Below are positions 8,160 through 20,486 of a stretch of 64,000 nt of DNA, one piece after another. Where the stretch lies: positions 66,386-130,385 of the forward strand of contig JBJLBJ010000021.1 in NCBI GenBank assembly GCA_045568235.1, written 5' to 3'. The position numbers and the translations under genes were made by a program. This DNA comes from Candidatus Thalassarchaeaceae archaeon. Its GTDB lineage: Archaea > Thermoplasmatota > Poseidoniia > Poseidoniales > Thalassarchaeaceae. Numbering within the stretch: the stretch's first letter is position 1; each line of letters begins with the position of its first letter. The notes beneath the pieces are model-generated. The model saw only the letters and a list, made by a program, of their open reading frames with translations, searched no databases and was not told the DNA's origin.

Positions 8160-10075
8160 AAATAAGATTGGGCCGATTTACTAATCCTAAAAAGTCTAGA
8201 ACGGCCTTTCTTTCTAACTGAAAGAATTCCGACTTTATTTAAAGCATTATATATCTGCGAAAGTCTTGGCCTACCAACTTGGAGTAATGCTTGTAATTCA
8301 CTATCAGAAGGAGAGATTTCTCTCTCCATTGCCTTAGAAACAATAAGAATCTCAGTATCCGATAATTGTGATGCATATTCTGAGTTGAAAGGTTCATCGG
8401 CATCCCATTTTGGACTTAAATTGATTTTAGATTTTATTATGCTACTTTTTTCGATAACATTTTCAACTTCATAATTAACGTCTGATTCAATTGGATTTTT
8501 CTCAGGAATTATTGTTTCAAATATAGATTCATCAATGGCAGGTTCTTGCAATATGCTATCTTGAGATGTCATCTCCTCATTAGAATAGGGATTTTTAAGA
8601 AGTGTTTGCTCATTTTTCTTATCTACTGTCCATACTTCTCCTTCAGTATCGAAAACTAATTTGTCATCATACTTCTCAATTTTTCTTTGTTCATGAAATT
8701 TATTATTATTTTTAACTTCTTCAGAAACAAATGTATCTTTCACCATACTCTCTTCAATAACATTAATACTTGCATCGATATATTCTTCATTAGCTATTTC
8801 ATCTACTTTTGAATATTTTTTTGGTACCTCTCTTGATCTGGAAATCATCCCTCCAAATGCTCCAAAATGATCTTTATTTGAATTATCAGAAAATTCTTGG
8901 AGTATGTTTTCTTTTTCTTTCCATGTACCATCAGAATAATCTCTCATATCAGAATTGCTATCTTCTTGTGTTTCTATTGTCTCATCTTCGTATTCTATTT
9001 TTTCAAAATCTTCACTCCAATTAATCAGTGTAAAGTCATCATTTTCTGTATTTATCTTTTCTAAGACTTCAAGCTCTTGTGTGTTCGATTTAACATTATC
9101 TTCTGTATCTTCTTCTATTTCTTGAACATTAAAATGGTCAGAAATTTCATCTGGAGCAACTATATTTTTATCTTCTAACATATCATTTTCATCTATTTCT
9201 TGAACATTAAAATAATCAGAATTTTCATCTGAAGTAACTATATGATTATTCTTGATAAAGGTGTCTTCTTCCTTGCTATTATCTTCCTCGATATTATCTT
9301 GGTATTTCCAACCTAGTAATCTTTCTAGAGAACCTGTTGCACCAACACCTCTATGTTCATCAACTAGATTCTGTAATATATTTATTAGTTCTCGAGGATT
9401 ACCAGAAGTATTATCATATAATAACCTTAATATTTTTTCACTTAACAACCATCTCTGTTTGGCTTTCTTTTGGACTCTTTTATCTACTAAAGATTGGATA
9501 TTAGTTTTTTCTAATCCATTTAGATAAATGGGGGAGTCAAATACATCTAAAATATCTGTTTCTAGATTAGAAAACTGTGAAGGAGTCAAAGAAACTATTA
9601 CAAAGGCCCTCAATCTCTGTAAAATTGGTATTATTCTAGGTAGGAACTGACTCATGTTAACATTTGAAGGGAAATCGAGGGCAATTAAAGGCAAAGGCCC
9701 TGATTTAGATTCTAAAGAACGTATTAACAACTCAGAAATTTGATGAACTGTGGAGGGTATTTCAAACCCTTCTAATGAAACAGATATTTCATGTAGAACT
9801 TTAATTAATTGATTTTCTTCAGGCCAATACTGGCAAACAATACTATTCTGAGTAGTAGTACTTACAGCATTGATAACAGAAGTCTTGCCTGAACCTTTCT
9901 CGCCAACTAATAATAGCATTCTTGGAGATCCGGACCTTATTAGTTCTGCCCAAGACGATAGTAGATTATCGCGACCAACTATTTCATTCGCCCTAGATGA
10001 TTCAATCGGTCGGCCATCGAAAGGGTTTCCACGTAGTGAAGGTATAGAAAGTTCATATTTGTCTTCTAACACCAT
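8156..10075 (-). CDS. P-loop NTPase (AAA/archaeal-ATPase-like N-terminal domain) with a ~300-aa acidic low-complexity insert and a C-terminal winged helix-turn-helix
   Basis: Walker A 'LLLVGEKGSGKTS', putative Walker B 'LIALDF', C-terminal 'RLSQIYNALNKVGILSVRKKGRSRLFRISK'. Confidence 0.6.
   Translation of the reverse strand: MVLEDKYELSIPSLRGNPFDGRPIESSRANEIVGRDNLLSSWAELIRSGSPRMLLLVGEKGSGKTSVINAVSTTTQNSIVCQYWPEENQLIKVLHEISVSLEGFEIPSTVHQISELLIRSLESKSGPLPLIALDFPSNVNMSQFLPRIIPILQRLRAFVIVSLTPSQFSNLETDILDVFDSPIYLNGLEKTNIQSLVDKRVQKKAKQRWLLSEKILRLLYDNTSGNPRELINILQNLVDEHRGVGATGSLERLLGWKYQDNIEEDNSKEEDTFIKNNHIVTSDENSDYFNVQEIDENDMLEDKNIVAPDEISDHFNVQEIEEDTEDNVKSNTQELEVLEKINTENDDFTLINWSEDFEKIEYEDETIETQEDSNSDMRDYSDGTWKEKENILQEFSDNSNKDHFGAFGGMISRSREVPKKYSKVDEIANEEYIDASINVIEESMVKDTFVSEEVKNNNKFHEQRKIEKYDDKLVFDTEGEVWTVDKKNEQTLLKNPYSNEEMTSQDSILQEPAIDESIFETIIPEKNPIESDVNYEVENVIEKSSIIKSKINLSPKWDADEPFNSEYASQLSDTEILIVSKAMEREISPSDSELQALLQVGRPRLSQIYNALNKVGILSVRKKGRSRLFRISKSAQSYF
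9114..9242. repeat. Two 51-bp copies (9114-9164, 9192-9242) with a 78-bp period inside the ATPase gene
   Basis: tctatttcttgaacattaaaatggtcagaaatttcatctggagcaactata versus tctatttcttgaacattaaaataatcagaattttcatctgaagtaactata. They encode 'SD(Y/H)FNVQEI(D/E)E'. Confidence 0.85.
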
Positions 10076-10106
10076 AAACGCTCAGTAAGAGGATAAACAT
10101 ATAATA

Positions 10107-10272
10107 TTGACGCTTACTAACGGTATCAAAGTCACTAATTTACGGGTTATTTTCCTATGCCGGGAGTTTTTTGTAACAACAATTATTCTCAGTATCATGT
10201 TTTTAATAAAAAATAATTAACGCTTCATTAACGCTTCATTAACGTATAATTAAAGCGTTAATGAAGCGTTAA
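10107..10272. promoter_or_regulatory. Array of a 17-bp motif TTAACGCTTCATTAACG. Two overlapping direct copies (10217-10244) face two inverted copies (10255-10272), and a degenerate copy lies at 10107-10123.
   Basis: Read directly: ttaacgcttcattaacgcttcattaacg tataattaaa gcgttaatgaagcgttaa. A 17-bp perfect stem is possible (10228-10244 with 10256-10272). It lies in the 284-bp divergent intergenic region, next to an A/T run at 10201-10216. Confidence 0.55.
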
Positions 10273-10359
10273 TGGAGATTGATGGCAAAAATAGGACAGA
10301 AGTTACAATATATTATTCGCAAATATTAGAAGTACATACCATTAGGAACACTTGATAAT

Positions 10360-11664
10360 ATGCCAGTAGACAATAGTCGCCTAGAAGGTTTTTACAAACT
10401 CTCTGTATCAGAAAGAAGAATGAAATTAGCAGAAATAGCAAATCTTGACGATGGGCACGTACAAGCTTGGGCTGCAAGTGGAGAACTTAGTGAAGATGCT
10501 GCAGATAGAATGATAGAGAATGTAATAGGAACATACTCACTACCAATTGGCGTTGCAACAAATTTCATCATTGATGGAGACCATTACTTGATTCCTTTTG
10601 TATTAGAAGAACCTAGTGTGGTAGCTGCTGCAAGCAATATGGCCAAAAGATGTATTGCTAATGGTGGCTTTAGATCTAACAACGATGAACCAGTAATGAT
10701 TGGCCAGATACAGATAGTAAATTGCGAAAACCCGGATATAGCTAAGGAGAATATTTTATCATCTAAAGAAGAATTAATTCAGAAATGTAACGAGGTTGAT
10801 CCTATTCTTGTTAAGTTTGGAGGAGGATGTAGGGATATAGAAGTTAGAATAATCGATACAGAATCTGGTCCGATGGTCATTGTACACTTATTAGTTGATT
10901 GTAGAGATGCAATGGGTGCTAATGCCGTAAATACTATGGCAGAAACAATAGCACCATTACTTCAAAATATTTCTAAAGGAACTCCGATATTAAGAATAAT
11001 TAGTAATCTTGCAATTCACAGATTAGCAAGAGTAAGTGCTACATTTACTCCTGAAGAAATGTCAGACAAAGGAAATGATAGAGATAAAGGGGCGCAGATT
11101 ATCAAAGGTGTCCTTCAGGCATATCATTTTGCAAAGGCTGATCCTTTTAGGGCTACAACACACAATAAAGGAATCATGAATGCTATTTCGTCGGTTGCGA
11201 TTGCTTGTGGGCAAGATTGGAGAGCCATAGAATCAGGAGCTCATAGTTATGCATCTTACAAAAATAGTCATAAATATGGCTCGCTAACACATTGGGAGAA
11301 GGATTCAGAGGGCAATCTAGTAGGAACTATTGAGCTTCCTATGGCCGTTGGATTAGTAGGTGGTGCAGTAAGAGTTCATCCAGCTGCTCAAGCTAATGTG
11401 GCATTAATAGGAGTTCAAAGTGCTAATGACTTATCTAAAGTAATGGCAGCTTCAGGATTGGTACAAAATCTGGGTGCATTGAGAGCCTTAGCCACTGTAG
11501 GGATACAAGCAGGACATATGAAATTACACGTTAGAAATATGGCCGTTACTGCGGGCGCAGAAGGAGAAGAAGTAGATATTGTTGCCTCGCGACTGAGGGA
11601 AAAGGGAATTAGAATAACACAAGCGGCAGTGATAGAAGAAATAGAACAATTGAGAATGGAATAA
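10360..11664 (+). CDS. hmgA: HMG-CoA reductase, class II (bacterial/Thermoplasma/Archaeoglobus type)
   Basis: 'IENVIGTYSLPIGVATNF', 'EEPSVVAAASNMAKR', 'DAMGANAVNTM', 'GHMKLH'. These match my memory of the Pseudomonas mevalonii class II enzyme. Confidence 0.9.
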   Translation: MPVDNSRLEGFYKLSVSERRMKLAEIANLDDGHVQAWAASGELSEDAADRMIENVIGTYSLPIGVATNFIIDGDHYLIPFVLEEPSVVAAASNMAKRCIANGGFRSNNDEPVMIGQIQIVNCENPDIAKENILSSKEELIQKCNEVDPILVKFGGGCRDIEVRIIDTESGPMVIVHLLVDCRDAMGANAVNTMAETIAPLLQNISKGTPILRIISNLAIHRLARVSATFTPEEMSDKGNDRDKGAQIIKGVLQAYHFAKADPFRATTHNKGIMNAISSVAIACGQDWRAIESGAHSYASYKNSHKYGSLTHWEKDSEGNLVGTIELPMAVGLVGGAVRVHPAAQANVALIGVQSANDLSKVMAASGLVQNLGALRALATVGIQAGHMKLHVRNMAVTAGAEGEEVDIVASRLREKGIRITQAAVIEEIEQLRME

Positions 11665-11670
11665 TTGATT

Positions 11671-12282
11671 TTATTCGCTCTCTTGAGATTCTGAATTACT
11701 TTCAGAGAATTCTGAAATAGTCATTTGTTCGTCAGGTGCTAGTGAAGCTGCCAATTGTGCACTAGTTAGTCCCATATTATTTGCTTCTTCTCTAAACCAT
11801 GTTCGAACTTTACGAAATTCTACTTCCGGACAACCGAAATATTCGGCAAACCTTCTAGTTGTAGTTAATCTCCTGGTTAATCCATCTCTTCTTCTATCTA
11901 TTAGGCCTCTATTAGATAATTCTCGTACATGATCATATGCACGTTGACCCAACATATCTACAAGTTGTGCCTGACTCATCGGTTGATGATAAGCAATTAA
12001 AGCGGCTGCTGGCAGTAATCTTTGAGGAATATCGGCTCTGAATGAATCTGGAAGGAATGGTGAAAGTCCAGTTTTTACTTCTAATATCCAACGTCCTGAA
12101 ACTTCAGTTAGTTGTAAAGCGCCATCTTTACGCCTCTTTATTGTCAAACGTAAGTTATTCAAAGCTTCCTCGACCTCTAAACTAGACTTATCTACTAATT
12201 CAGATAATTCAGGAACGGACATTGATTTACCTGCACCAAAAACTATAGCTTCTAAAATAGTATTCAAATTTGGTTCAGACAA
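11671..12282 (-). CDS. scpB: Segregation and condensation protein B
   Basis: 'LEAIVFGAGKSMSVPELSELV' and two WH-like halves. Overlaps scpA by 8 nt. Confidence 0.8.
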   Translation of the reverse strand: MSEPNLNTILEAIVFGAGKSMSVPELSELVDKSSLEVEEALNNLRLTIKRRKDGALQLTEVSGRWILEVKTGLSPFLPDSFRADIPQRLLPAAALIAYHQPMSQAQLVDMLGQRAYDHVRELSNRGLIDRRRDGLTRRLTTTRRFAEYFGCPEVEFRKVRTWFREEANNMGLTSAQLAASLAPDEQMTISEFSESNSESQESE

Positions 12283-13273
12283 TTTTATTATCCTCCAGAA
12301 TTGATTTGGGGTGTAGTTGTTTGGTCAAAGTAGAGAAATCCTGAGCATCCTTCCATAAATTTTCGAGTACTATTTTTCCATCACTTCCTTCTTCCTGAGA
12401 TATATTGACATATCCTCTATTGGTCAGGAATAGGGCAGAAACTAATGCAGTTACTTGGGCTTCTGCTTTTGCTTCTTCTTCATTCATTCCTGATTTCAAT
12501 GATGTTTGATTTAAAGTGGAAACTATATCTCCTAGTTCGGCAGATTGCGAGATTTCATTTGTATTATTTTTGAGAGCATTCCAAGTACGTTTTAAATCAT
12601 TTTCTAAGTTTTCTACATGTAGGCTACCACTAAATCTTGCCCTTGCACGTTCATTAGATTCTCTGCGTTCTTTTGCAATAGTTTCTCTTAATCTTTGTTC
12701 TTCCGCTAATTTTCCGGCAGATTGCAGGCCCATGAGTAACTCAACGAGAGTAACTGGCCTACTTTCATCGCGATGTATACGGCCTTCAAACATAGAAGGT
12801 AATTTCTCATCGGCAGCACCAGACAAAACTCCTAAAGAAAAATTATAATCTTCATCGTCAAATTCAGTTTCCCAACCGCCTTCAAAATCCCATACTTCTT
12901 CTTCATAATGAAGTGATTTTTCTTGCCTCTCTATTAATGAAGATGCTTGATTTCTTAAAATTGACCAAGCCATTCTAACTAATTTACCACATGTTGGTAA
13001 ATCAATATTTTCAGTTTTTTCAATTCTTTCATTGAACATCTCCAAAAAAATAGTAAGATCTACATCCCACGGATCTAAATCTGAAGAGTTGAATAATTGG
13101 AATACTAACGCAACTGAACGATCGAATGGATCTATCAAGAACTGGTGTTCAGCTTCTTCAAGAGAAGCCAGTTCAAGTAATCTATCCAAATAACGGCTAG
13201 TCTCTAAATCGATTTCTTCACCAAGTAATTTTGCAACAATATCCTCTCGCATATCAGTCTCGAAAATAGACAA
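12275..13273 (-). CDS. scpA: Segregation and condensation protein A (kleisin)
   Basis: 'DLDPWDVDLTIFLEMF' N-terminal kleisin motif. Starts 2 nt after the smc stop. Confidence 0.75.
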   Translation of the reverse strand: MSIFETDMREDIVAKLLGEEIDLETSRYLDRLLELASLEEAEHQFLIDPFDRSVALVFQLFNSSDLDPWDVDLTIFLEMFNERIEKTENIDLPTCGKLVRMAWSILRNQASSLIERQEKSLHYEEEVWDFEGGWETEFDDEDYNFSLGVLSGAADEKLPSMFEGRIHRDESRPVTLVELLMGLQSAGKLAEEQRLRETIAKERRESNERARARFSGSLHVENLENDLKRTWNALKNNTNEISQSAELGDIVSTLNQTSLKSGMNEEEAKAEAQVTALVSALFLTNRGYVNISQEEGSDGKIVLENLWKDAQDFSTLTKQLHPKSILEDNKIV

Positions 13274-13275
13274 AA

Positions 13276-16200
13276 TTAATCCTCCTCAGAACTTATTGTT
13301 AGTTCTTCGATTTCTTCTTCATGTATAATTTGGGCATTTTCTTTTTGTTCGATCTCTTCAGATAATTCATCAGTTCTTTCCCTTAGAGAATCTAGTCCAT
13401 TGCCAACTATTTTTTCATCTTTAGTTTGTATTCCAGCCCTATCTGACAATCCACCAAGGCTCTTGGGAACTCCCAATGGTTCTGGAGTACGGGGCATATT
13501 TTCTGCAATGGGCAATTCAGGCATTGCTGCCTTTTCTGCTTCCGAAGCGGCTCTAGCTTTTTCTTCTGCTTCTAAATCTTCTCCGAGTTGTAAAGCAGCA
13601 GCTCTATCGAAATCCGTTATTCTTCGACTGCATCCATCGCCTGCATGAGTAATTCCAATATGGTGATCTGCTAAAGTTAAACTTACCTTCCTCAAAGTTA
13701 CCATAATAAATTGTGCTCTCTGACTTCGTAGCCTACAAAGTGTTGCGATTCTTTCAGAATTAAATGGATCAAGATTTTGATCTACCTCATCGAAATAATA
13801 AAATGGAGATGGTTCATAATCTTGTATTGCAAATATTAAAGCGAGTGCAGCCATGGATTTTTCTCCACCAGACAAAGCAGTTCTCCTTGTATTATGACTC
13901 TTACCAGGTGGAACGCATGCCATTTCTAAACCTCCTTCAAATGGATTTTTCATATTTTCGAGTTTCAATGAACCTGAGCCTGTGGGTTGTAATATTTCAT
14001 AAACTCTACTAAAATTATTATTTACGTGCGAGAATACGGAAAGAAGGCGAGTTTTTCGCTCATTTTCTAATTGTTCTGCGATCATTATGAGATGTTCGCG
14101 TCTTTCCCTTAATAATTTACCATCGGAAATTAGATCTGCAATACGTTCAACGGCAATATCATATTGCTCTATTGCCAACATATTCACATCTCCAAGATGA
14201 CTGAGGCGGCGTTCAAGTCCCTGCACACTTTTTTCCGCCTCAGACACGGTTGGAAGGTGAATATCTCCAGAAGGTAAAGTAATTTGTGAATCTTTTAGTT
14301 CTTCAGCCATTTCATTAACAATAATGCCTTTTTGTTTAATTTGGGAATTTAACTCATCTACTCTTGAGGATAATGTCTGCCTATCTTGAGATAATTTTGC
14401 GACATGGGCCCTTAAACTAGCACGTTCCTCTACAATAACGTCTCTACGATCGTGGAGGATTTGCTGTTCCTCATCAAATTGCGATGATTTTGCTTTTAAT
14501 TCTATTAATTCTGTGTCAGCATTTTTTATAGAATGAGTAAGATTCTCTATTTCTATTTCAGATGATTTAATTATTCCTTCCTGTAATAAAATTTGACGTG
14601 AAATTTCATCTACTCTGGTTTTTAATAATTCTAATGTATGTTTCCCGGTATGTATTTCGGCATCATAAGCAAGTCTTGACCTTTCGGCTTCAGTTCTTGT
14701 AATTTCTGCATTCCTTAATATCTCCGATAAATGGTCAGGAGTATGTTTTTGGAGATTTTCGGCACAATTTATACGTTCTTTCTGACATTGTTCCAACAAA
14801 ATAAGATTATTCTCACGTGTCTTAGATAATTTTTGCCTTCCAATATTGAGATTGTCATATTCTTTTTTGACTTGCTTAAGTTTATTACTGACATCTTTTA
14901 CTAGTTTTTGTGACCTTTCCATATCGGCTTTCCAATTACGAAGTTTTACAGAATGATCACTGTCATCTAAGCCATGAATCTGGGCCCTTAGCAACTGCTC
15001 ATTAGTTCTCAATTGCCTTAGGGCGGCATCCACAGTAGAATATATCAGGCTTGCCTCGTCTACCGCACGTTCATATTTGTCTAAATTGGAAATAGAGCCA
15101 CCACCTCCAAAGGAGAGTTGGTCATTTCTAATTTTAGAGCCGCCAGTCATGGCTCCTGAACTTTCTATAACAGAGCCATCTACAGTGACCATGCGTACTC
15201 CTCCCATATTTTTCCTAGCAATACTCATATTTTGGACAATTAATGTATTTCTTCCAGCATATTTTATCGCTATTTCAATTTCCGTATCATAGTCAAGTAA
15301 GTCGTGAACAAAACCAATTATACCAGGATTTCTAGCCACTAATAGAGTTCTTCCTTGTGGCCTATTGATGATTAGTTTGTTTAAAGGAAGGAAAGTGGCT
15401 CTTCCTCCTCCGTTTTTACTTAACCAAGATATACACTGCGATGCAACATTATCATCTTTTACTACTATGCTTCTTAATCCGTTACCTAATGCATGAGCTA
15501 AAGCACTTTCATGAGAAGAGTCTTTTGGAGTTGCTAATTCTCCAAGTGTCCCTAAAATACCACTAATCTCGCCACTTTGCCTTAGTTTTGATACTGCTGC
15601 AATTGTCGATGCAGAACCAGGACGAGAAGATTTAGCCTCTTGCCTTGCACGAGCCTTTTCCAATTCACGTTCAGCATCCCTCAATTTAGCCTCTGATTTA
15701 TCTCTGTCTCCACATAAAAGTGCATCTTGTTTTTGGATTTTTCTTAATTCTTCGGCTAGAGAAGTTCTATCAACAGAAGGTGATGCTTGTTGGATATCTT
15801 CTCCTAATAATTCTTGATCATCTCTATCTAAAGTAGCAGATTCATATTCCGATTCTAAGTCAGCCAATTTATCGGAAGCTATTTGGCATAATTGTTCTGC
15901 TCTATCATAATCCAATTGAGATTTTGCATATTTTGATTGAGCGGCGTTTTCAGATTCAGTTGCCTGTCCTAATCTCCTATTCAAATCACGACCGTGTTTA
16001 TCTCCTGACTGTATGGCCTTTCTAGCTTCCTTTTCTTTAATATCAGCATTTTTTAAAGATTCCTGGGCATCGGAAACTGCTTTTTTTGCCTTTATTAGAT
16101 TATTTTCTGCATCTTCTCGTGCCTTTTCTGCTTTAATTAATTCCTTTTTAGAAATCGATATTTCCTGCTTTGCAAGAATTATTTTTTTCTCTTGATCACC

Positions 16201-17163
16201 TATTCTATCAGCACCTGACTCGATTAATATCTCAAATTCTTTGATGCTGTCTAAAATGTCTTTTGCATCTCCTCCTAACATTTCTTCAAGACTATTGGAA
16301 ACTTTCACCATTTCTTCATCGAATTCATTTACCTTTTTTGCACTGATAGAAAGATCAGAGGAAATTATTTCCTTTTCATCGATGTATCTAGATCTTTCAT
16401 CTCCAAGAAGTTTTAAATCATCAATTTTATTCTTGAATCTAGATTGTTGTAAAATTATTTTTGATTTATCTAAATCGTCTTTGAAATCTTTAAATTTTAA
16501 TGCCTGTTCTCTTTCCTTCCCCAAATCTTTGAGTCTTTTCTTTTGATCGTCCTCAAAAATATCGATTGTCTCTATACTATTATCTACCTTCTTTCTTTGG
16601 TTATTTGCCTTTCGAATTTCTTCATCATAAGCAGTAACACCCGCTACTTCTTCTAAAATACCTCTTCTCTTATGAGGAGTCATAGTTGCAAGATTGGTAA
16701 CATCTCCTTGTAGAACGATATTATATCCATCTCCTCTCAAACCTGCTTCGGCCAATATTCTACGCATTTCTGTAGCAGTACAAGGATTTTGATTTATGGA
16801 GTATGATGAAATAGGGTCTCCTTTTCTATTCAAACGCACTGATCGAGTAAAGGATACTTCTTCGGTTTCTATTCTAAGTCGCCTTCTTCCATCTGCCTCT
16901 GGAGCATTTCAAAAAACTAATGTTGCGCTCATATTCTTGGCTGGTTTTCCAGTCCCTCCTCCGTTAAATATCAATTCTGTAACATTGGAAGCCCTCAAAG
17001 CCCTGGTAGATTTAGGGCCTAAAACAAATTGTATGGCGTCTCCACAGTTGCTCTTTCCTGAACCATTGGGCCCGGTGATGCCAGTAAATCCCTCTTCCAA
17101 AGGAATGTTAACAATTCCTCCAAATGATTTGAAATTTTCTAACTCTATTCTATTGAGATGCAT
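13276..17163 (-). CDS. smc: SMC chromosome segregation ATPase, interrupted by a single in-frame TGA at 16909-16911. The N-terminal head fragment is 16912-17163 and the remainder is 13276-16908.
   Basis: N-terminal 'IELENFKSF..ITGPNGSGKSN', hinge 'GILGTLGELA', C-terminal 'LSGGEKSMAALALIFAIQ..FYYFDEVDQNLD'. My translation across the gap stays in frame: ..ATLVF*NAPEADGRRRLRIETEEVSFTRSVRLNRKG. Confidence 0.85.
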
Positions 17164-17368
17164 CCCATCACCTTATTCATCTACGAAAAATCGCTGACGA
17201 CATTTATCGTCTCGTGCCCTTGAGGATTATGAAGGTTGAGGAGGACTTTGTTTACTCAATGCGATTATTGGACGATTGGGAAAATGCCAGAAGTATTCAG
17301 ATTGGGCAGTACGAAGATTCTTGATTGAGTGCCATTAGGAGCCTTTATGCTAGCACCTCAATCCATTA

Positions 17369-18988
<1,620 letters not shown>

Positions 18989-18994
18989 ATAAAA

Positions 18995-19606
18995 TTATTC
19001 TGACCAAGGAAATTTATATGACCAGATAATAAAATCATTCAAAATACATTGGATTCCTAGTGCGATAGCCCCCAACAACATGTAGATAGAACTAGAAATA
19101 TCATCTTGATAGGCAGAATAAGCAATTAAACCCAACATCACATTGCCGACTGACGCTAAGAATAATAATCCAATGACCAAAAATGGAGTCCATGAGTAAT
19201 CGTTCTCAATATGAAAAATTGTACTTTCGATCCAAAGAGCAGAGGGTATCAAGATTAAGAGAAAGGAGAATAATAATCTAGAATTTCCTTTACCATCAGA
19301 CTCACTCCAAGGCCATCTAAATGATTCAACAGTTAGTGCGTCGAGGTGATAGAATACAGTCCACCAATAAATAATATAACCTAAAGCGGCAATAAACATG
19401 AAGGGTACGATATATCTCTGCCATGAAACTGGTATTCCCCCCCAAAGCCCAGAGGGATTTTGAGAGTGTGAAATGCCATATACATAAGATGCTAGAACTA
19501 TAGGACCTAATATGAATGTAATTATCTTAACGAGTTCTCTTGTAATCTCCATGTAAATATCCACTATGACATTACTCATAATACTCTGCATTAAATAATG
19601 GCACAA
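18995..19606 (-). CDS. Multi-pass membrane protein of unknown function (appears intact)
   Basis: 203-aa ORF with about six hydrophobic segments. No recognisable motif. Confidence 0.45.
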   Translation of the reverse strand: MCHYLMQSIMSNVIVDIYMEITRELVKIITFILGPIVLASYVYGISHSQNPSGLWGGIPVSWQRYIVPFMFIAALGYIIYWWTVFYHLDALTVESFRWPWSESDGKGNSRLLFSFLLILIPSALWIESTIFHIENDYSWTPFLVIGLLFLASVGNVMLGLIAYSAYQDDISSSIYMLLGAIALGIQCILNDFIIWSYKFPWSE

Positions 19607-19610
19607 AAAT

Positions 19611-20367
19611 CAGATTCCTGATAATTTTTGCATTCGTGTACGTACCATGGCTGAACCAAAGTCGTGACTCTCTAATATGTCAAAACCATAGAGCCCTTGC
19701 ATTGATCTTAGTATACCATAATTAGCAAAGTCTGCACCGTTAGGGAATATCTACCTCCAAAAAATTCTCCTTCAAATCCTTCAGCCATATTATCTAATTG
19801 GAATTTTAGATTATCTCGTGGCTTCAGTGGGAATTTTTTTGCTCGACTCCGGCCGACAAAAAACATTATTATTGCACCTAGCCACTTATTTATTATACGA
19901 CTAGATGAATGAGAAATTATCAACCTTAGTAACATAATCAAGTGCTTTAAGGGAAGTGAAATATGAAGAATATATGACGGCAACTATGGATTTTCCCAAT
20001 ATGGAATTAGAGAAATCCATCCATTCATCTTGTTTTTCATCCACTCCCGTGTCTGGGGAATTTATTGTCTCCCTTCTCATCTATGTAATGCAAAATGAAG
20101 TTGGAGTCATTTACTTGAGTTCCGTCCGAATCAATAAAAACAGGAACTTTCTCTCCAATTAGACCACTGTAATTCAGTGTGTTTCATAGGATTTACTTCA
20201 ACCTTTGAATATTTTATCCCTCTTGAACCGAGCAGCGCTTTGACCTTGAAACAAAATGGGCATGTTTCATAACAATACAAAGTGGGTAAATTATCTACTA
20301 ATTTATCCGGGACTCTCTTGCCCTCCTGTATTCCCGAGGTTGGTTCGTCCGTAATTGAATCGGCCAT
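19611..20367 (-). pseudogene. Glutaredoxin-2 / GST-like (PGES2-like) protein with frameshifts
   Basis: 'LYCYETCPFCFKVKALLGSRGIKYSKVEVNP' continues in another frame as 'SGLIGEKVPVFIDSDGTQVNDSNFILHYID'. The GST-C-like part ('FFGGR', '..YGILRSMQGLYGFD') is again split between frames. Confidence 0.6.
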
Positions 20368-20486
20368 ATTAATTGGGAAGTACTCAATACTTAGTGAAAT
20401 ATTCGGTTAAAAAATCTGAAAAAAAATTATTTTATGGTACATTTAATTCCCATTTCTTAGGTAATTTTTCTCAGCTGAAGTGATAA

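Noticed and set aside
10217-10272. Possible miniature CRISPR array
   Set aside because: There are only two to three overlapping 11-bp-period copies plus an inverted copy, with no unique spacers and no cas genes in the window.
16909-16911. TGA recoding (selenocysteine or a sense-codon reassignment) as the explanation for the SMC interruption
   Set aside because: TGA clearly terminates other genes here (for example dph2 at 901-903 and the 726-aa gene at 38374-38376). Only one such case exists in the window, and the position is not a Cys or redox site.
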